A DNA stretch of 63,877 nt, the filler included, from Limisphaerales bacterium (GTDB lineage: Bacteria; Verrucomicrobiota; Verrucomicrobiia; Limisphaerales; SIBE01), in NCBI GenBank assembly GCA_044225505.1. It is 3 parts of 3 records of this genome, joined end to end, with 100 filler letters (N's around TTAATTAATTAA, not from the genome) between each part and the next. Parts side by side here need not be neighbours in the genome. Positions count along the whole stretch, not along the records: positions 25,186 to 50,341 come from JBGAIN010000123.1; positions 50,442 to 63,877 come from JBGAIN010000199.1; 1 more part is not named here. One strand, 5' to 3'. The stretch's first letter is position 1. The number at the start of each line of letters is the position of its first letter. Position numbers and translations under genes: made by a program. Under the pieces are notes generated by a model. The model was not told the origin of the DNA. It did not search any database and worked only from the letters and a program-made list of their open reading frames with translations. Shown one piece after another: positions 40,945 to 52,379 of the stretch.

Positions 40945-43245
40945 ATGCCCTCAGCGAAGATCAAGCCGCCATCGGCGAATACCTGTCTCCAGGTCGCTGG
41001 ACTCAGTCGCAACCGGAACCTTCGGCGCTCGCTCCTTTGGTCGGTTCTCAGCCTGATTTCTCTGGTCCCGACGCAGCCCGCGGCCCCTGCCCTTTTGTCT
41101 AGACCCATGCACTATTCCACCTACCTCCGCGACCATACAGAAACTCGCGGATTCACGCTGGGCCGTCCCACTCACGCCCAGCCAACGCCTTCTGGCGACG
41201 CCGTGCTCTTCCTGCGTAGCGGGGCACGTTCTGCACGGCTGGAACTGTTTGAATACATCATTCCAACGGGCGAGACGCGACTCCTGCTCACTCCAGACGA
41301 TATCTTGAAAGGCGAGGTAGAGCATTTATCTCCCGAGGAGAAGGCTTTGCGGGAACGCAAGCGCGTGAGCACACGAGGATTCACGGACTTCCAGCTTTCT
41401 AAGGACGGGCGAAAGATCCTGCTGGGACTCTCTGGAAAGCTCTACCTGGTGGACAGATCGACGCGCGCCGTCACGCAACTCAAGACAAGCAAACCGTCCC
41501 CCGTAGACGTCAAATTCTCTCCGGACGGGCGAAAGATCGCTTATGTCTTGGAGCATGATGTTTACGTTTGCGACCTAGCCTCAACCAAAGAAGAACGCCT
41601 GACCTCGGGCGGGACCGAAGAGATCTCTCATGGGTTGGCAGAATTTGTCGCTCGCGAAGAAATGGATCGCTTCTCGGGATTCTGGTGGTCTGCGGACTCG
41701 AGCGCGATTATCTACCAAGAGACCGACGTTCGCGCGGTAGAAACATGGTACGTTTCAGATCCAGCGAAGCCCGAAGTTGCCCCCTACCCTTCCCGCTATC
41801 CGCGGCCAGGCAAAGCCAACGCAACTGTTAGACTCGGGGTCATTCCTCTGGGTGGGCGAGAAACGGTTTGGCTTGGATGGGACCATGCTCGCTATCCATA
41901 TTTGGCGTCCGTCCATGCGGACGCGGAGGGCCCGCTGTGTTTGACGGTTCAGACTCGGGATCAAAAGGAGTTGGTCTTGCTGGCAGCCGATTTGACCACA
42001 GGTGCGACGCGCGTGCTACTCACCGAGCATGACTCGGACTGGGTCAGTCTCCGCCAAGACGTCCCACGTTGGATCGCGAAGAATCGAGGCTTCCTTTGGG
42101 TCCACGAAAAACCGGGAGCTGGATGTCAGCTGGAGTGGCGCCGAGCCGACGGCCAGCTTGAAAAGCTGCTGGTCCCCGCAAATTTTGGATTTAAATCCTT
42201 AATCGACATCGATGCCAACGGCGGCAGTGTGGTCTTCTCGGCGCGAACTGATCCCACTCAATGGAAACTATTCCAATTACCATTGAACGATTCATCCCCC
42301 CGAGAATTGACTCCGCAGAGCGGTTGCCATCACGGGACGTTCGATGAGCACCACACGATCTTTGTCGACACCCGGACGGATCTCAAACAGTTGGCTCGAG
42401 CGACTGTCTATCGCATCGACGGCACGCCGCTGGGAGAGTTGCCAACCGTAGCGGAAGAGCCACCTTTTACGCCGAGGGTCGAGCTAACCCACGTCGGGGG
42501 CGAACCTGGGTATTACGCGGCAGTGGTCCGGCCTGCCGAGTTTGACCCTGCGCGCCGCTATCCTGTGATTGTTTACGTTTACGGCGGCCCGCTGGCGCCC
42601 TGGTCGTCGGGAACGGTTGTCGCTTCCGAATCTTCCTGGCTGATGCCGCAATGGATAGCAAACCAAGGTTTCATCGTCGTGAGCATTGACGGGCGGGGCA
42701 CGCCGGGCCGAGGACACGATTGGGAACGCGCCATCGCGAAGCGCTTTGGCTCCGTTCCCCTGGCGGATCAAATCTCAGGCCTACGCGCTCTGGGGGAGCG
42801 TTTTCCGGAATTAGACCTGGAGCGGGTCGGTATTTACGGCTGGTCTTTCGGAGGGTACATGGCGGCACTGGCTGTTCTCAAAGAGCCGGGGGTTTTTAAG
42901 GCTGGTGTCGCGGGCGCTCCTCCGACGGACTGGTACGACTACGACACGCACTACACTGAGCGCTACCTGGGAGTGCCGCCGGTCGACGCTGACGCGTATG
43001 ACGCCGCGTCATTGCTGCCATTGGCAGGCGGCCTGACCCGACCGCTTTTGCTTGTCCACGGGACGGGCGATGACAATGTTTATTTCCGCCACACGTTACG
43101 TCTGATTGACGCCCTGTTCCGGGCGGGCAAATCGTGCGATAGCCTGCCCCTTTCCGGTTTAACGCACATGGTGCCTGATCCTGTGGTGAATGAGCAGCTT
43201 TACACTCGCATTGTTCGTTATTTTCAACAGCACCTCATTCCTTGA
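40945..43245 (+). CDS. S9B dipeptidyl-peptidase IV family
   Basis: DPP-IV N-terminal propeller (EEMDR, YPRPG) and catalytic GWSFGG, DDNV and H. The start is uncertain (40945-41107). Confidence 0.92.
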   Translation: MPSAKIKPPSANTCLQVAGLSRNRNLRRSLLWSVLSLISLVPTQPAAPALLSRPMHYSTYLRDHTETRGFTLGRPTHAQPTPSGDAVLFLRSGARSARLELFEYIIPTGETRLLLTPDDILKGEVEHLSPEEKALRERKRVSTRGFTDFQLSKDGRKILLGLSGKLYLVDRSTRAVTQLKTSKPSPVDVKFSPDGRKIAYVLEHDVYVCDLASTKEERLTSGGTEEISHGLAEFVAREEMDRFSGFWWSADSSAIIYQETDVRAVETWYVSDPAKPEVAPYPSRYPRPGKANATVRLGVIPLGGRETVWLGWDHARYPYLASVHADAEGPLCLTVQTRDQKELVLLAADLTTGATRVLLTEHDSDWVSLRQDVPRWIAKNRGFLWVHEKPGAGCQLEWRRADGQLEKLLVPANFGFKSLIDIDANGGSVVFSARTDPTQWKLFQLPLNDSSPRELTPQSGCHHGTFDEHHTIFVDTRTDLKQLARATVYRIDGTPLGELPTVAEEPPFTPRVELTHVGGEPGYYAAVVRPAEFDPARRYPVIVYVYGGPLAPWSSGTVVASESSWLMPQWIANQGFIVVSIDGRGTPGRGHDWERAIAKRFGSVPLADQISGLRALGERFPELDLERVGIYGWSFGGYMAALAVLKEPGVFKAGVAGAPPTDWYDYDTHYTERYLGVPPVDADAYDAASLLPLAGGLTRPLLLVHGTGDDNVYFRHTLRLIDALFRAGKSCDSLPLSGLTHMVPDPVVNEQLYTRIVRYFQQHLIP

Positions 43246-43345
43246 ATCATGGGTTTTCTGCTTTGACTACGACGGTCTGAACGTCTTAGCTGAAGACCTC
43301 AACCGGACCGTCGCCGTTCAACATCGTAGACCTCACTAAAACACT

Positions 43346-44290
43346 ATGAAACTCTCGAGTTATTGGACATTGGCCCTATGGCTCTCGACGACGCTCGCAT
43401 GTCGTCAGGTTCTGAGCGCAGCGGACGCACTGCCAGCCCCGTCCCCGGCAACGCCCCCGGATGATGGCAAGCTGCGCATTATCTGCTTCGGAGCGCACCC
43501 GGACGACTGTGAGATCCAGGCCGCAGGAGTCGGAGCGATGTGGGCTGCCAAGGGGCACAAGGTGAAGTTTGTTTCTGTCACCAATGGAGACATTGGCCAC
43601 TGGCGAGACGCCGGCGGGCCCTTGGCACGAAGGCGCATCGCTGAGGTAGGCGAGGCCGCCAAGATCCTTGGCATTACGACAGAGGTCCTCGACATTCATG
43701 ATGGAGAGCTCATGCCGACGCTCGAAAACCGGCGCACCTTGACGCGTTTGATTCGAGAATGGAAAGCAGACATCGTCATGGGCCCGCGGCCGAACGATTA
43801 TCACCCGGACCATCGCTATACAGGCGTTTTAGTCCAGGATGCCGCGTACATGGTGACCGTGCCTCACTTTTGCCCGGATGTTCCGTTTCTGCGCTCGAAT
43901 CCTGTTTTTCTGTATTATCCCGACGGTTTCCAGAAGCCCAACCCCTCCCAACCGGACGTGGCTGTTTCGATTGACTCGGTGATCGAAAAGAAGCTCGATG
44001 CTTTGGGCGTTCTCGTGTCGCAATTCGCCGAAGGCGGCGCTAACGGCACGGCGGATCTCATGCCAGATGATCCGGCCAAGCAGAAAGAGCGGCATCAGAC
44101 GGTGCGAAACAATTTCTCGCGTCGCTCTCAATCCATCGCTCAGCGATTCCGCGGCAAGCTCGTCGACTGGTATGGAGCTGAGGCAGGCGAAAAGGTCAAG
44201 TATGCCGAGGCGTTTGAGATCTGCGAGTATGGACGCCGCCTATGGCGATCAGCTGGTCCTGTGCGCGAGCATCCGACGAATATACTCTAG
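43346..44290 (+). CDS. PIG-L/LmbE family deacetylase, exported
   Basis: [12 protein letters not shown] and DYHPDH. The last ~16 aa look atypical. Confidence 0.88.
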   Translation: MKLSSYWTLALWLSTTLACRQVLSAADALPAPSPATPPDDGKLRIICFGAHPDDCEIQAAGVGAMWAAKGHKVKFVSVTNGDIGHWRDAGGPLARRRIAEVGEAAKILGITTEVLDIHDGELMPTLENRRTLTRLIREWKADIVMGPRPNDYHPDHRYTGVLVQDAAYMVTVPHFCPDVPFLRSNPVFLYYPDGFQKPNPSQPDVAVSIDSVIEKKLDALGVLVSQFAEGGANGTADLMPDDPAKQKERHQTVRNNFSRRSQSIAQRFRGKLVDWYGAEAGEKVKYAEAFEICEYGRRLWRSAGPVREHPTNIL

Positions 44291-45975
44291 GTCCCGGCTC
44301 GCTGCCGCAACAGGGTGTCCCACACGGTCGCGTCGAGCGTTTTGCCTTCACAAACTCGACGATATTCCCGGGCACTGCCCGAGACGGTTGGGTCTATATC
44401 CCCGCGCAGTATGACAGCTCCCGAGCCGCTGCTCTGATGGTATTTCAAGATGGGCATGCTTACGTCGGCACGAACGGCCAAATGCGCGTCCCGAATGTTT
44501 TCGACAACTTGATTGCGCGTGGCGATATGCCCGTGACGATTGGCGTTTTCATCAACCCGGGCCACCGCGGAGCGGATGCGCCCAAGGCGGAAGGTTGGGG
44601 TAATCGCGACAACCGCAGCTTCGAGTACGACTCGCTCGGCGGAGCTTACGCCCGGTTTTTGATCGATGAGTTACTGCCGTTTGTGGTTAAGACGTATGAC
44701 TTAAAGATCTCGGAGGATCCAGAGCGCCGCGCCATTTGCGGCATGAGTTCGGGTGGCATCTGCGCATTCACGGTTGCGTGGGAACGCCCGGATCAATTCC
44801 GGAAAGTCCTTTCGCACATCGGCAGCTTCACCAACATTCGAGGCGGGCATCACTACCCCGCGTTGATTCGAAAGACCGAGCGCAAGCCGATCCGCGTATT
44901 TCTCCAAGATGGATCGAACGACCTCAACAACCTGCATGGAGACTGGCCGCTCGCGAACCAATCGATGGCTTCCGCTCTCCGTTTCGCAGGCTACGATTAC
45001 CAGTTTGTTTTTGGAGACGGAGCACATAATGGGAAGCACGGCGGCGCGATTCTTCCAGACTCACTGCGTTGGCTCTGGCGTTCCGAGAAAGCGCATTCGC
45101 AACCGGAGACCGCTGGGAATCTCAAGGGTGACGAGGCGCTCTCCAAGGTGCTTCCCAACGAAGGTGCCTGGGAGGCAATCGACGGTGACTACGGGTTTAC
45201 CGACGCCGCTTGCGGAGATCGCGAAGGGAACTTCTATTTCAGTGATCTGCCCAAAGGGATCCTGTATCGCGTTACCCCGGACGGCAAAGCCGCGGCCTGG
45301 CTTGAAGCGGGTCCAAAAATCAGTGGCATGAAGTTCGGCCCAGACGGGCGCCTCTATGCCGCCACTCAAGGGACGGTGGGCGGTGCGAAAGAGGAGAAGA
45401 AAAAGATTGTTGCGATCGATCCGGAGACGAAGCGAATCACCGACGTCGCGACGGATGTTCAGCCGAACGACCTTGTCGTGTCGAAAGCGGGTTGGATTTA
45501 CTTCACCGACACGGGCGCGGGCGAGGTGGTTGCAGTTCCCATCTCAGCACGGGGAATGTCGCGACCGCGCACCGCCGCGGGCGGCATCAACAAGCCTAAT
45601 GGGATTGCGCTTTCACCCGATGAACGTTTTTTAGCCGTTTCCGAATACGGCGGGACAAACGTCTGGAATTACGCGATCGCGGACGACGGCTCCCTGCGAT
45701 GGGGCGAACGATTCATGGATCTTCGTCTTCTTGCGAATCGACCTGACAGCGGTGGCGACGGCATGACGTCTGACGATCAAGGGCGCTGGTACGTCACGAG
45801 CCATGTTGGGATTCAGATGTTTGATGCCACCGGGCGTCTTGGAGGTGTCATTGCCAAACCCGCAGACAAGGGCTGCGTGAGCGTCGCATTTGCCGGTCCT
45901 GGCCGACGTTGGCTTTACGCCTGTTCGAGTAATAAGGTATTCCGCCGAACCACCTTGGCAACAGCAGCTCCATAA
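44242..45975 (+). CDS. Esterase (Fes-like alpha/beta hydrolase) fused to an SMP-30/gluconolactonase propeller
   Basis: YIPAQYD, VFQDG, NRSFEYD and GMSSGG; then [16 protein letters not shown] and DGMTSD. Confidence 0.85.
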   Translation: MAISWSCARASDEYTLGPGSLPQQGVPHGRVERFAFTNSTIFPGTARDGWVYIPAQYDSSRAAALMVFQDGHAYVGTNGQMRVPNVFDNLIARGDMPVTIGVFINPGHRGADAPKAEGWGNRDNRSFEYDSLGGAYARFLIDELLPFVVKTYDLKISEDPERRAICGMSSGGICAFTVAWERPDQFRKVLSHIGSFTNIRGGHHYPALIRKTERKPIRVFLQDGSNDLNNLHGDWPLANQSMASALRFAGYDYQFVFGDGAHNGKHGGAILPDSLRWLWRSEKAHSQPETAGNLKGDEALSKVLPNEGAWEAIDGDYGFTDAACGDREGNFYFSDLPKGILYRVTPDGKAAAWLEAGPKISGMKFGPDGRLYAATQGTVGGAKEEKKKIVAIDPETKRITDVATDVQPNDLVVSKAGWIYFTDTGAGEVVAVPISARGMSRPRTAAGGINKPNGIALSPDERFLAVSEYGGTNVWNYAIADDGSLRWGERFMDLRLLANRPDSGGDGMTSDDQGRWYVTSHVGIQMFDATGRLGGVIAKPADKGCVSVAFAGPGRRWLYACSSNKVFRRTTLATAAP

Positions 45976-46306
45976 GCCGCCGTCCGAGCCATCCGTTAGC
46001 CACAGCTCCGTCCGGCTTGCAAGGCGAACTGCAGGTCGGCGGAACTCATCGCCCCGGCGTGCGCGCTGCGGAAGCGCATGGGTTTGTTTCCTCTAAGCGT
46101 TTCTCCATCGCGGGTGCGGAACCAACGCTTACTACTTTCGGGCTATTTCGCAGGGCCGCCCTCTCCGCCACAGTGTTCTCGTGAATGCTGAAACTTGGAA
46201 ACACCAACACAGGGCGGTCACGGGAGAGCACGAACTGAACCGGATGGCGCCGCGCCAGGCGTCCCGACGGCCCCCCACCCCGTGGGGAGTAGTGACAAGG
46301 CACCGA

Positions 46307-48742
46307 ATGCCCGTTCTGTTTTCAGAATCAGCCTGGTTTGCCCGGGGTCGAGCGGTCGCTTGGACGATGGTGCTTGTCCTCTTGGTATTCTGGATTTGCC
46401 TCACGCCCGCCCGTGCTCAGCTTGCCGATCGCACCTGCGCGGTGTTTGCTCCTCCAGCCGGTCCGCGGGAAATGTTTTCAGCGCCCATCAACCCGCTCGG
46501 CACGCGAAGTTTAATCTATTTCCGAGTCCGCTTTCCGGACGACACGAAAGATCCGATTTCGGTCGAAGATGCCGAACAAACCCTGGCCGAAGCGGAAGCG
46601 ATCTTTCGGCGAACTTCCGACGGCAAGTTCGGACTTACGTGGCGTATATCGCCAGTCTTAAATCTGCAGAAGACGCGAGAAGCATATAGTGGCCCGTCCG
46701 GATTTCAGCCATTCCTGGATGATGTGCGGAAGGCTGGTGCCGACGCTGGGATTGATTACCTGGACTTCGACTTGGATATTGCCCGACATTCAGGTGTTCC
46801 TGGATTCCAAGGAGGGAACGCGAACCTGGGCTTCCGCGGGGCTCAAGTCCAGGCGGCCGGGGCACCGGTGATTGTTCATGAACTGGGGCACAACCTAGGA
46901 TTGTCTCACGCCAATGCGTGGATCACAGGCAGCCCAGGGATTGGGTTAGGCAGCCCACCCTTGCCCTCCAACTATTTGAGCCTGCCCGAACCGAGAACCG
47001 TGCCGATCTATCCGGATAGTGCCCTCGGTCACGAAACAATCACTGGTCCTGGCTCCAGCGCTGAATACGGTGATCTGGAGGATATTATGGGTTCGGGAAA
47101 TTTCGAGTTCAGTGTCGTGCATCGGCATCAACTCGGATGGCTGTCCGATAACGACATTTCGATCGCCCCGTTCGGATTGAGCACTCATCGCATTCTCGGC
47201 ACTGAATCGGGTGCAGGCACCGGATTCAGAGCCGTCCGAATCCAAGGTCCAACCAGTACCCCTTTAGGACTTCGGGATTACTGGGTGCAAATTGCTCCCA
47301 TTGAGACGAACTCAATTCTTACTCCTGGAGTGCAGATCCGTTGGGGAGATCCTACTTTTAGCAGTCCCAGTTTGCTGCTCGCTCCGATGGCAGGAAAGCC
47401 CAGGCTCGACTCTGGAACAGTCCTTCCCCCAGGCCGAACATTTTCCGATCTGTTTGGCGATGTCCACATCACGTTGCTCAGCCTGAACGAGGGAAGCACC
47501 GGCCGAACGGCAGACTTGGCAGTCTATGTCGGACGAAATCTGGCCAATGGCGTTCCCACCGTTCGTCTAACAGGGTCGGCCACGTCCGTGGAGATTAACG
47601 AAGCGGCCGTCTTCACGGCCACAGCCCTCGATGCACCCGGGGAGACACTAGCTTGGCGCTGGGACTTTGGCGACGGGACCGCGAGTGCTTCCGGGTCGAC
47701 GGTCACCAAAGCCTGGAGACGCGAAGGCGAGTTCCTCGTCTTCCTCGAGGTCAGCGATCTCAAAGGCGGCGTTGGCCGCGCCCAAACAGTGGTCCGCGTT
47801 GGCAATCCCAGAACTTGGAGAATCGACGGACGGGTTTTAGATTCTGATGGTCACCCCATCTCGGGTGCTCGAGTCCATAACGGCATCGTTGCCCCGGAGA
47901 ACCCTGAGACCGTGAATGTCACCACCTACACCGATTCGGACGGTCGATACACATTGACCGGCATCTCTCCTGGCGTTTATCCCGTGGGTGCGTTTCGATT
48001 CGGCTGGGAAACCACCCGACGCGATCCTATCCTGGTGACCGATCGCAACCTTGCTGGCGTTGACTTCATCGCCAAACCGCTGCCGCGAGTCTCGGTGACT
48101 GCTCCTCCTGAAGTTGCCGAATCCGCCGGCATTACGAACCTGTTCCTCTTCACCCGGACCGGATCTGTCGCGGATCCTCTCACGGTCACCTATCGATTGG
48201 GCGGCAGTGCGACCGCGGGACGCGACTACGTGCGGCCTTTCATTGATCGAATCACCATTCCCGCCGGAGCCCAGTCGGCAGCTCTCTCGATCAATCTGCT
48301 GGATGACTCCCTCTCCGACCCGAATGAGACAATCACAGTGGATGTGGTTTTTCCAAGCTCTGCCACGGCCCACGACGCGGTTGGCACTCCCTACACCGTT
48401 TACTATCCGGGATATGACTTCGTCACGGAGCGCGGTCAAGAGATGTGGGTCCTCACGGAGCCCGCTTATTTGCCAGGACCGTTAGGTCAAGCTACCGTCA
48501 TCGTACGCGAGAGTCTGCCAACTCCGCAGGGTTTGATCGCCCGGTTGCTCGCGAGCGGGGGTCTGCAATTGACCCTGACAGGTCCAATGGGATCGGAGTT
48601 GGTCCTGGAATCGAGCCGACAGTGGGGAGTGTGGGAACCGTTGCTAACTGTGGAACTTACTGAGAGTGACACAGCCACTTTCATCGCGCCGATCGAACCC
48701 CGCACCGTGGTCCTCTATCGAACCGTCCAGCGCTCCAGGTGA
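46307..48742 (+). CDS. Secreted metzincin metallopeptidase (M11/M6-like) with PKD, carboxypeptidase-regulatory-like, Calx-beta-like and C-terminal domains
   Basis: HELGHNLGLSH, EYGD..DIMG Met-turn, WDFGDG, TDSDGRY and LGGSATAGRDY. The start is uncertain. Confidence 0.82.
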   Translation: MPVLFSESAWFARGRAVAWTMVLVLLVFWICLTPARAQLADRTCAVFAPPAGPREMFSAPINPLGTRSLIYFRVRFPDDTKDPISVEDAEQTLAEAEAIFRRTSDGKFGLTWRISPVLNLQKTREAYSGPSGFQPFLDDVRKAGADAGIDYLDFDLDIARHSGVPGFQGGNANLGFRGAQVQAAGAPVIVHELGHNLGLSHANAWITGSPGIGLGSPPLPSNYLSLPEPRTVPIYPDSALGHETITGPGSSAEYGDLEDIMGSGNFEFSVVHRHQLGWLSDNDISIAPFGLSTHRILGTESGAGTGFRAVRIQGPTSTPLGLRDYWVQIAPIETNSILTPGVQIRWGDPTFSSPSLLLAPMAGKPRLDSGTVLPPGRTFSDLFGDVHITLLSLNEGSTGRTADLAVYVGRNLANGVPTVRLTGSATSVEINEAAVFTATALDAPGETLAWRWDFGDGTASASGSTVTKAWRREGEFLVFLEVSDLKGGVGRAQTVVRVGNPRTWRIDGRVLDSDGHPISGARVHNGIVAPENPETVNVTTYTDSDGRYTLTGISPGVYPVGAFRFGWETTRRDPILVTDRNLAGVDFIAKPLPRVSVTAPPEVAESAGITNLFLFTRTGSVADPLTVTYRLGGSATAGRDYVRPFIDRITIPAGAQSAALSINLLDDSLSDPNETITVDVVFPSSATAHDAVGTPYTVYYPGYDFVTERGQEMWVLTEPAYLPGPLGQATVIVRESLPTPQGLIARLLASGGLQLTLTGPMGSELVLESSRQWGVWEPLLTVELTESDTATFIAPIEPRTVVLYRTVQRSR

Positions 48743-48763
48743 GAATTCAGGTCGCCGATGAAT

Positions 48764-50137
48764 TCAGTCGTTCTCAAGCAGCAGGATCCAGTCGTTGTCC
48801 GTGCCATTGAGACTCACCGGTGTCCGAAAACGCTTCATTCCAGACTCAGCCGTCCCTTCGGGTTCGGCCTGGCGATAGGTGCCATCGTTCGGGCTGAACC
48901 ACCGTGCCCGAACGTTATCCCCAAGCCGCCGCGTCGACACCGTTAGCGGGCGCTGCACTTTACCGGTGAAAGGCACATAGGTAACCACCACCTTGTGGTC
49001 CGCCGTGTGCGCCGTCAACGCCGTGCCAGTACCTGAACCGTAACCGTCCGTAACGATGGCGTGGTCTTGCTCTGGCATGAGCCTCCACCGGGGAGTGAGT
49101 TATAAAACGCAGCCCAGCGAGTCATGTCTTTGGAGAAAGTCACCGAATCTAACGCTTGCTGCTGAGAAACGGTGTCGGGAACAAGCCCGGGCCATCAAAA
49201 TGCCAGATGGGGTTATTCCTAAGAATTGTCCGCACGCCCCAGCGAGCATTGCCCAGTATGCCTGGCGCCGAATGATGTCTGGAGTCGCTTTGTGCTCTCC
49301 TTCGTAAGTCGTTTCAATCAGCACGATCGGGCGGCGCGGATCTCGCTGATACATCGAGAGCAGCGGTCCCGTAAGGTCTGGCTTGTAGCTGTAAACCGTA
49401 TTCAACGTCAGCCATGCGGGATCAGCAACGACACGCTCGGGCTCGGTTTCGGGGGCAAGGTGCACCGTTAGTGGATGCACAGAGTCCGTCTCCCGAAGCG
49501 TCGCCGCCAAATCCATCACCGTCCAAAGCGTCTCGGGGGGCGGCGTAAAGTCACCTCCCACCATCCAGACGATGTTGGGCAAATCCCGAAAACGCTCCGC
49601 AATAAACCGGCCATATTGCTCCAGCTTCGCCTTGCCGCCATGGACGATCTCCTTAAAAAAACCTTCGTCGCCGCCGCCCGCCCCGAGATAAGCAGGAGCG
49701 AGCCAAACTGCGATCCCGCGACGCTGCGCACTGCCAATCACGCGGTGCGCCCACTCGAAATACTCCCGGTTCGGAGTGGAAAAATCCCCCGGCATATCGA
49801 ATGGCTTTAACCCAGCGCGGCTGTTCGGCGGATCACTGGAGAACTTATGTTCAATCAGGCTGACAATGATTGCGTTAAAGCCACGCTGCTGGCGGTCGTC
49901 CAGATATGCATCCACCTCAGCCTCTTTGAGTTGAGCGATGAGGGACCAAGCTGTATCGCCGGTGATCAACACTGGCCGGTCTTGTTGATCGACGAGATAC
50001 CTTGTGACCGGCGCTGTTTTCAAAGGAAAGGCTGGTCGTGGATCCGCAGGGCGAGCGGTCGTGCTGAGCAAAACCAGCAAAAGTCCGATTTGAACCCACT
50101 TGAGGCATCTTGCAGGGGCAACGCCAAGGTGAATCAT
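48764..50137 (-). pseudogene. DUF4038 glycoside hydrolase (GH140/apiosidase-like) with putative collagen-binding C-terminal domain, broken by ~3 frameshifts
   Basis: GDTAWSL, RGFN, W..GGD, ETTYEGEH and IRRQAYWA. The continuation NNPIWHFDGPG / QQALDS / WWRL lies in other frames, and the C-terminal ARWFSPNDG...DWILLL is in ORF 48764-49078. Confidence 0.75.
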
Positions 50138-50259
50138 GAGTCGAGGTTAGCCTCTTATCATCGGCCCCGTCCAGTCTTGCCGTCTCGTCCGAGTCGTTCG
50201 CCTCGCGCCTCGAGTTGCTACCGATCAGCTCTTGATCGATTGTCGATCCCCCACAGTTG

Positions 50260-50341
50260 TGATCGAACCCTGATCGAACCCTGATCGAACCCTGATCGAA
50301 CCCTGATCGAACCCTGATCGAACCCTGATCGAACCCTGATC
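50260..50341. repeat. Perfect 11-nt tandem repeat (TGATCGAACCC)n, >=7.5 units, running into the contig end
   Basis: Read directly from the sequence. Confidence 0.97.
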
Positions 50342-50441
50342 NNNNNNNNNNNNNNNNNNNNNNNNNNNNNNNNNNNNNNNNNNNNTTAATTAATTAANNN
50401 NNNNNNNNNNNNNNNNNNNNNNNNNNNNNNNNNNNNNNNNN
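50342..50441. other. Artificial contig spacer (N44-TTAATTAATTAA-N44)
   Basis: Same linker as at 25086. Confidence 0.97.
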
Positions 50442-50770
50442 GGATCGCAAATCGCGGCTGGCATTTGAATGTCTCGGTTTATCGAGCGCGGACAATGGCT
50501 TGCGACCGGCGTCGAAACATGGGGATGTGCGCTGACGGATCACGAGGCCGAAGGCCTTGACCATTGTAGACGGGGGCAACGCCCGGTCGCCTTCGCCCGA
50601 TAAGACTCTTGGCGCGCTGGAAGGGCAGACCAAGTGAGGATGATTCTCGTCGGACCAGAAGAAATGTCTGAACAGGACGAGAGGAGCTCGGGAAGGTGGG
50701 ATATCTGGGATTGCACGCGGATCGATGGTCTTACCTTGAAAAACCTCGATCGTCGCTTGAAGTTGGGGGT

Positions 50771-51073
50771 ATGAGATCACGAAATCTTTGGGTGCTGGGG
50801 AAAACGGTGGCGATGGCAGCTCTTGCACTCGCGACGTTGGCTGGTTGCTCCACGCCGCATCAGTCTGTTTCTGTTCCGTTGCCTAGATCGACGCCGTTCG
50901 ATCAAGATCCCCTCGCCCGGATGACATATCTTAACGCTTTCCGCGACGGCTATCTCGCAGCGCGAGGCGCCGCGTCTGTGCCGTCTGTCGAGACTGTGAA
51001 TCGTCCCGATCGCTTCCCGTACGAACAGGGATATCGTGCCGGCGCTTCCGCCGCGCGCGCGAGCCAGCCTTGA
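50771..51073 (+). CDS. Small hypothetical lipoprotein
   Basis: Hydrophobic stretch with lipobox LAGC; YLNAFRDGY and YEQGYRAG motifs. Confidence 0.6.
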   Translation: MRSRNLWVLGKTVAMAALALATLAGCSTPHQSVSVPLPRSTPFDQDPLARMTYLNAFRDGYLAARGAASVPSVETVNRPDRFPYEQGYRAGASAARASQP

Positions 51074-51486
51074 CCATGGTAATTCGAGTGGCTCCTCGGG
51101 GTCAGCCTCTAAGTTAAAAGTTAACGAATAGGTCGAGCAATCAGTTTGACCTCCTGGCAAAAAAGGTGAACGGAAATCTCTGTGCGTTGATGGCCCGCGC
51201 GCTCACAAGAGACGCGGTCTATTACAACCGCCGGCACTGCGGCGCGTCGGGCATCTGACGCAAGGCCGCGACGCGGCTGGGTATGGGCACGGGTCGGCGG
51301 CCAGCCAGCAGTTAGCGACACGACGGCACCCGGTGCGGACCAATTCGCGCCGTCAGGCGATGGAACGAGAACGGGATCGGAACGTTTCGACGGCTAAGTT
51401 ACAACTTAACGACCGACCGTGAGGCCTCCGTGCTTTCGAAGCGCCGCCTTTTGCTTTGCCGGGCGCTGGCGACAAAAATCTCGCAC

Positions 51487-51535
51487 TTGCATGGGAAACG
51501 CAGCTTGGATATATTCATCCTTTCAGATGAATATA
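51487..51535 (+). promoter_or_regulatory. Sigma70-type promoter (TTGCAT-N17-TATATT) overlapped by a palindromic ArsR-type operator TATATTCATC-N6-GATGAATATA
   Basis: -35 at 51487-51492 and -10 at 51510-51515. A perfect 10-bp inverted repeat at 51510-51535 covers the -10 and the ATG. Confidence 0.75.
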
Positions 51536-51898
51536 AACGCCCAACTCGACAATACCTTTAGCGCTCTCGCGCACCCTGTGCGCAGGCGAATCTTGGCATT
51601 GTTATCGCACGGTGACCGGCGGGTCACGGATGTGGCGTCCGATTTTGATTGCTCACTCAATGTCGTGTCGCAGCACATCAAAGTGATGGAAAATGCGGGT
51701 TTGGTTCATCGCGAACAACACGGTCGAGTCCATCAGATTCGTCTCGACACCAAACCCCTGCGTGCGGCCGCCGAATTCATCGAACGATACCATCAACAAT
51801 GGGAGCGAAAACTCGACCAATTGACCTCGTATCTGGATCAAATGGCATCCAACGAAGGCAGTGCGACAGCTCCCAAAACCAAGAACAAGACAAAATAG
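51527..51898 (+). CDS. ArsR/SmtB family transcriptional regulator
   Basis: FSALAHPVRRRIL...VSQHIKVMENAGLV...GR. Confidence 0.92.
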   Translation: MNINAQLDNTFSALAHPVRRRILALLSHGDRRVTDVASDFDCSLNVVSQHIKVMENAGLVHREQHGRVHQIRLDTKPLRAAAEFIERYHQQWERKLDQLTSYLDQMASNEGSATAPKTKNKTK

Positions 51899-51899
51899 G

Positions 51900-52358
51900 A
51901 TGGAACCCGCACCCCGCTCTTTCGAAGCCAGCCTGGTCCGTCGGTATCCTCATCCCGTATCGAGAGTCTATCGCGCTTGGACGATGCCTGAACATCTCCA
52001 ACAATGGCTGATACCATCCGATGGCATGACCCTGGAAGTGATAAAGTGCAATTTGCGGGAGGGCGGGGAGTTTTATTACCGCTTTTCTTCGCCTCAAGGC
52101 GACTGCCCGGTCAGTGGTAAGTTTCTCAGCATTCGACCGGAGCAAACTTTGATTTTCTCATGGTTGCCTCTGAACCCGCATCCCGATGCCGGCAAGGAGA
52201 CCGTGGTCTCCGTCTTCTTCCGAATCATTGAACCCTCGCTCACCGAAGTCGAAGTGCGGCACACGCTGTTTCCGGACAAACCGATGTGTGAGTGCCACAT
52301 CGAAGGGTGGAATGGCGCCTTCGACCGGCTTGCCATTTATTTAAAGGCAACGAACTGA
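51900..52358 (+). CDS. SRPBCC/AHSA1 domain protein
   Basis: VYRAWTMPEHLQQW, LREGG and H..GW; typical partner of ArsR regulators. Confidence 0.88.
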   Translation: MEPAPRSFEASLVRRYPHPVSRVYRAWTMPEHLQQWLIPSDGMTLEVIKCNLREGGEFYYRFSSPQGDCPVSGKFLSIRPEQTLIFSWLPLNPHPDAGKETVVSVFFRIIEPSLTEVEVRHTLFPDKPMCECHIEGWNGAFDRLAIYLKATN

Positions 52359-52379
52359 ACGGATAGCTGGCGCAGACAT

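Noticed and set aside
50260..50341. CRISPR array
   Set aside because: These are contiguous 11-mers without spacers, and no cas genes are present.
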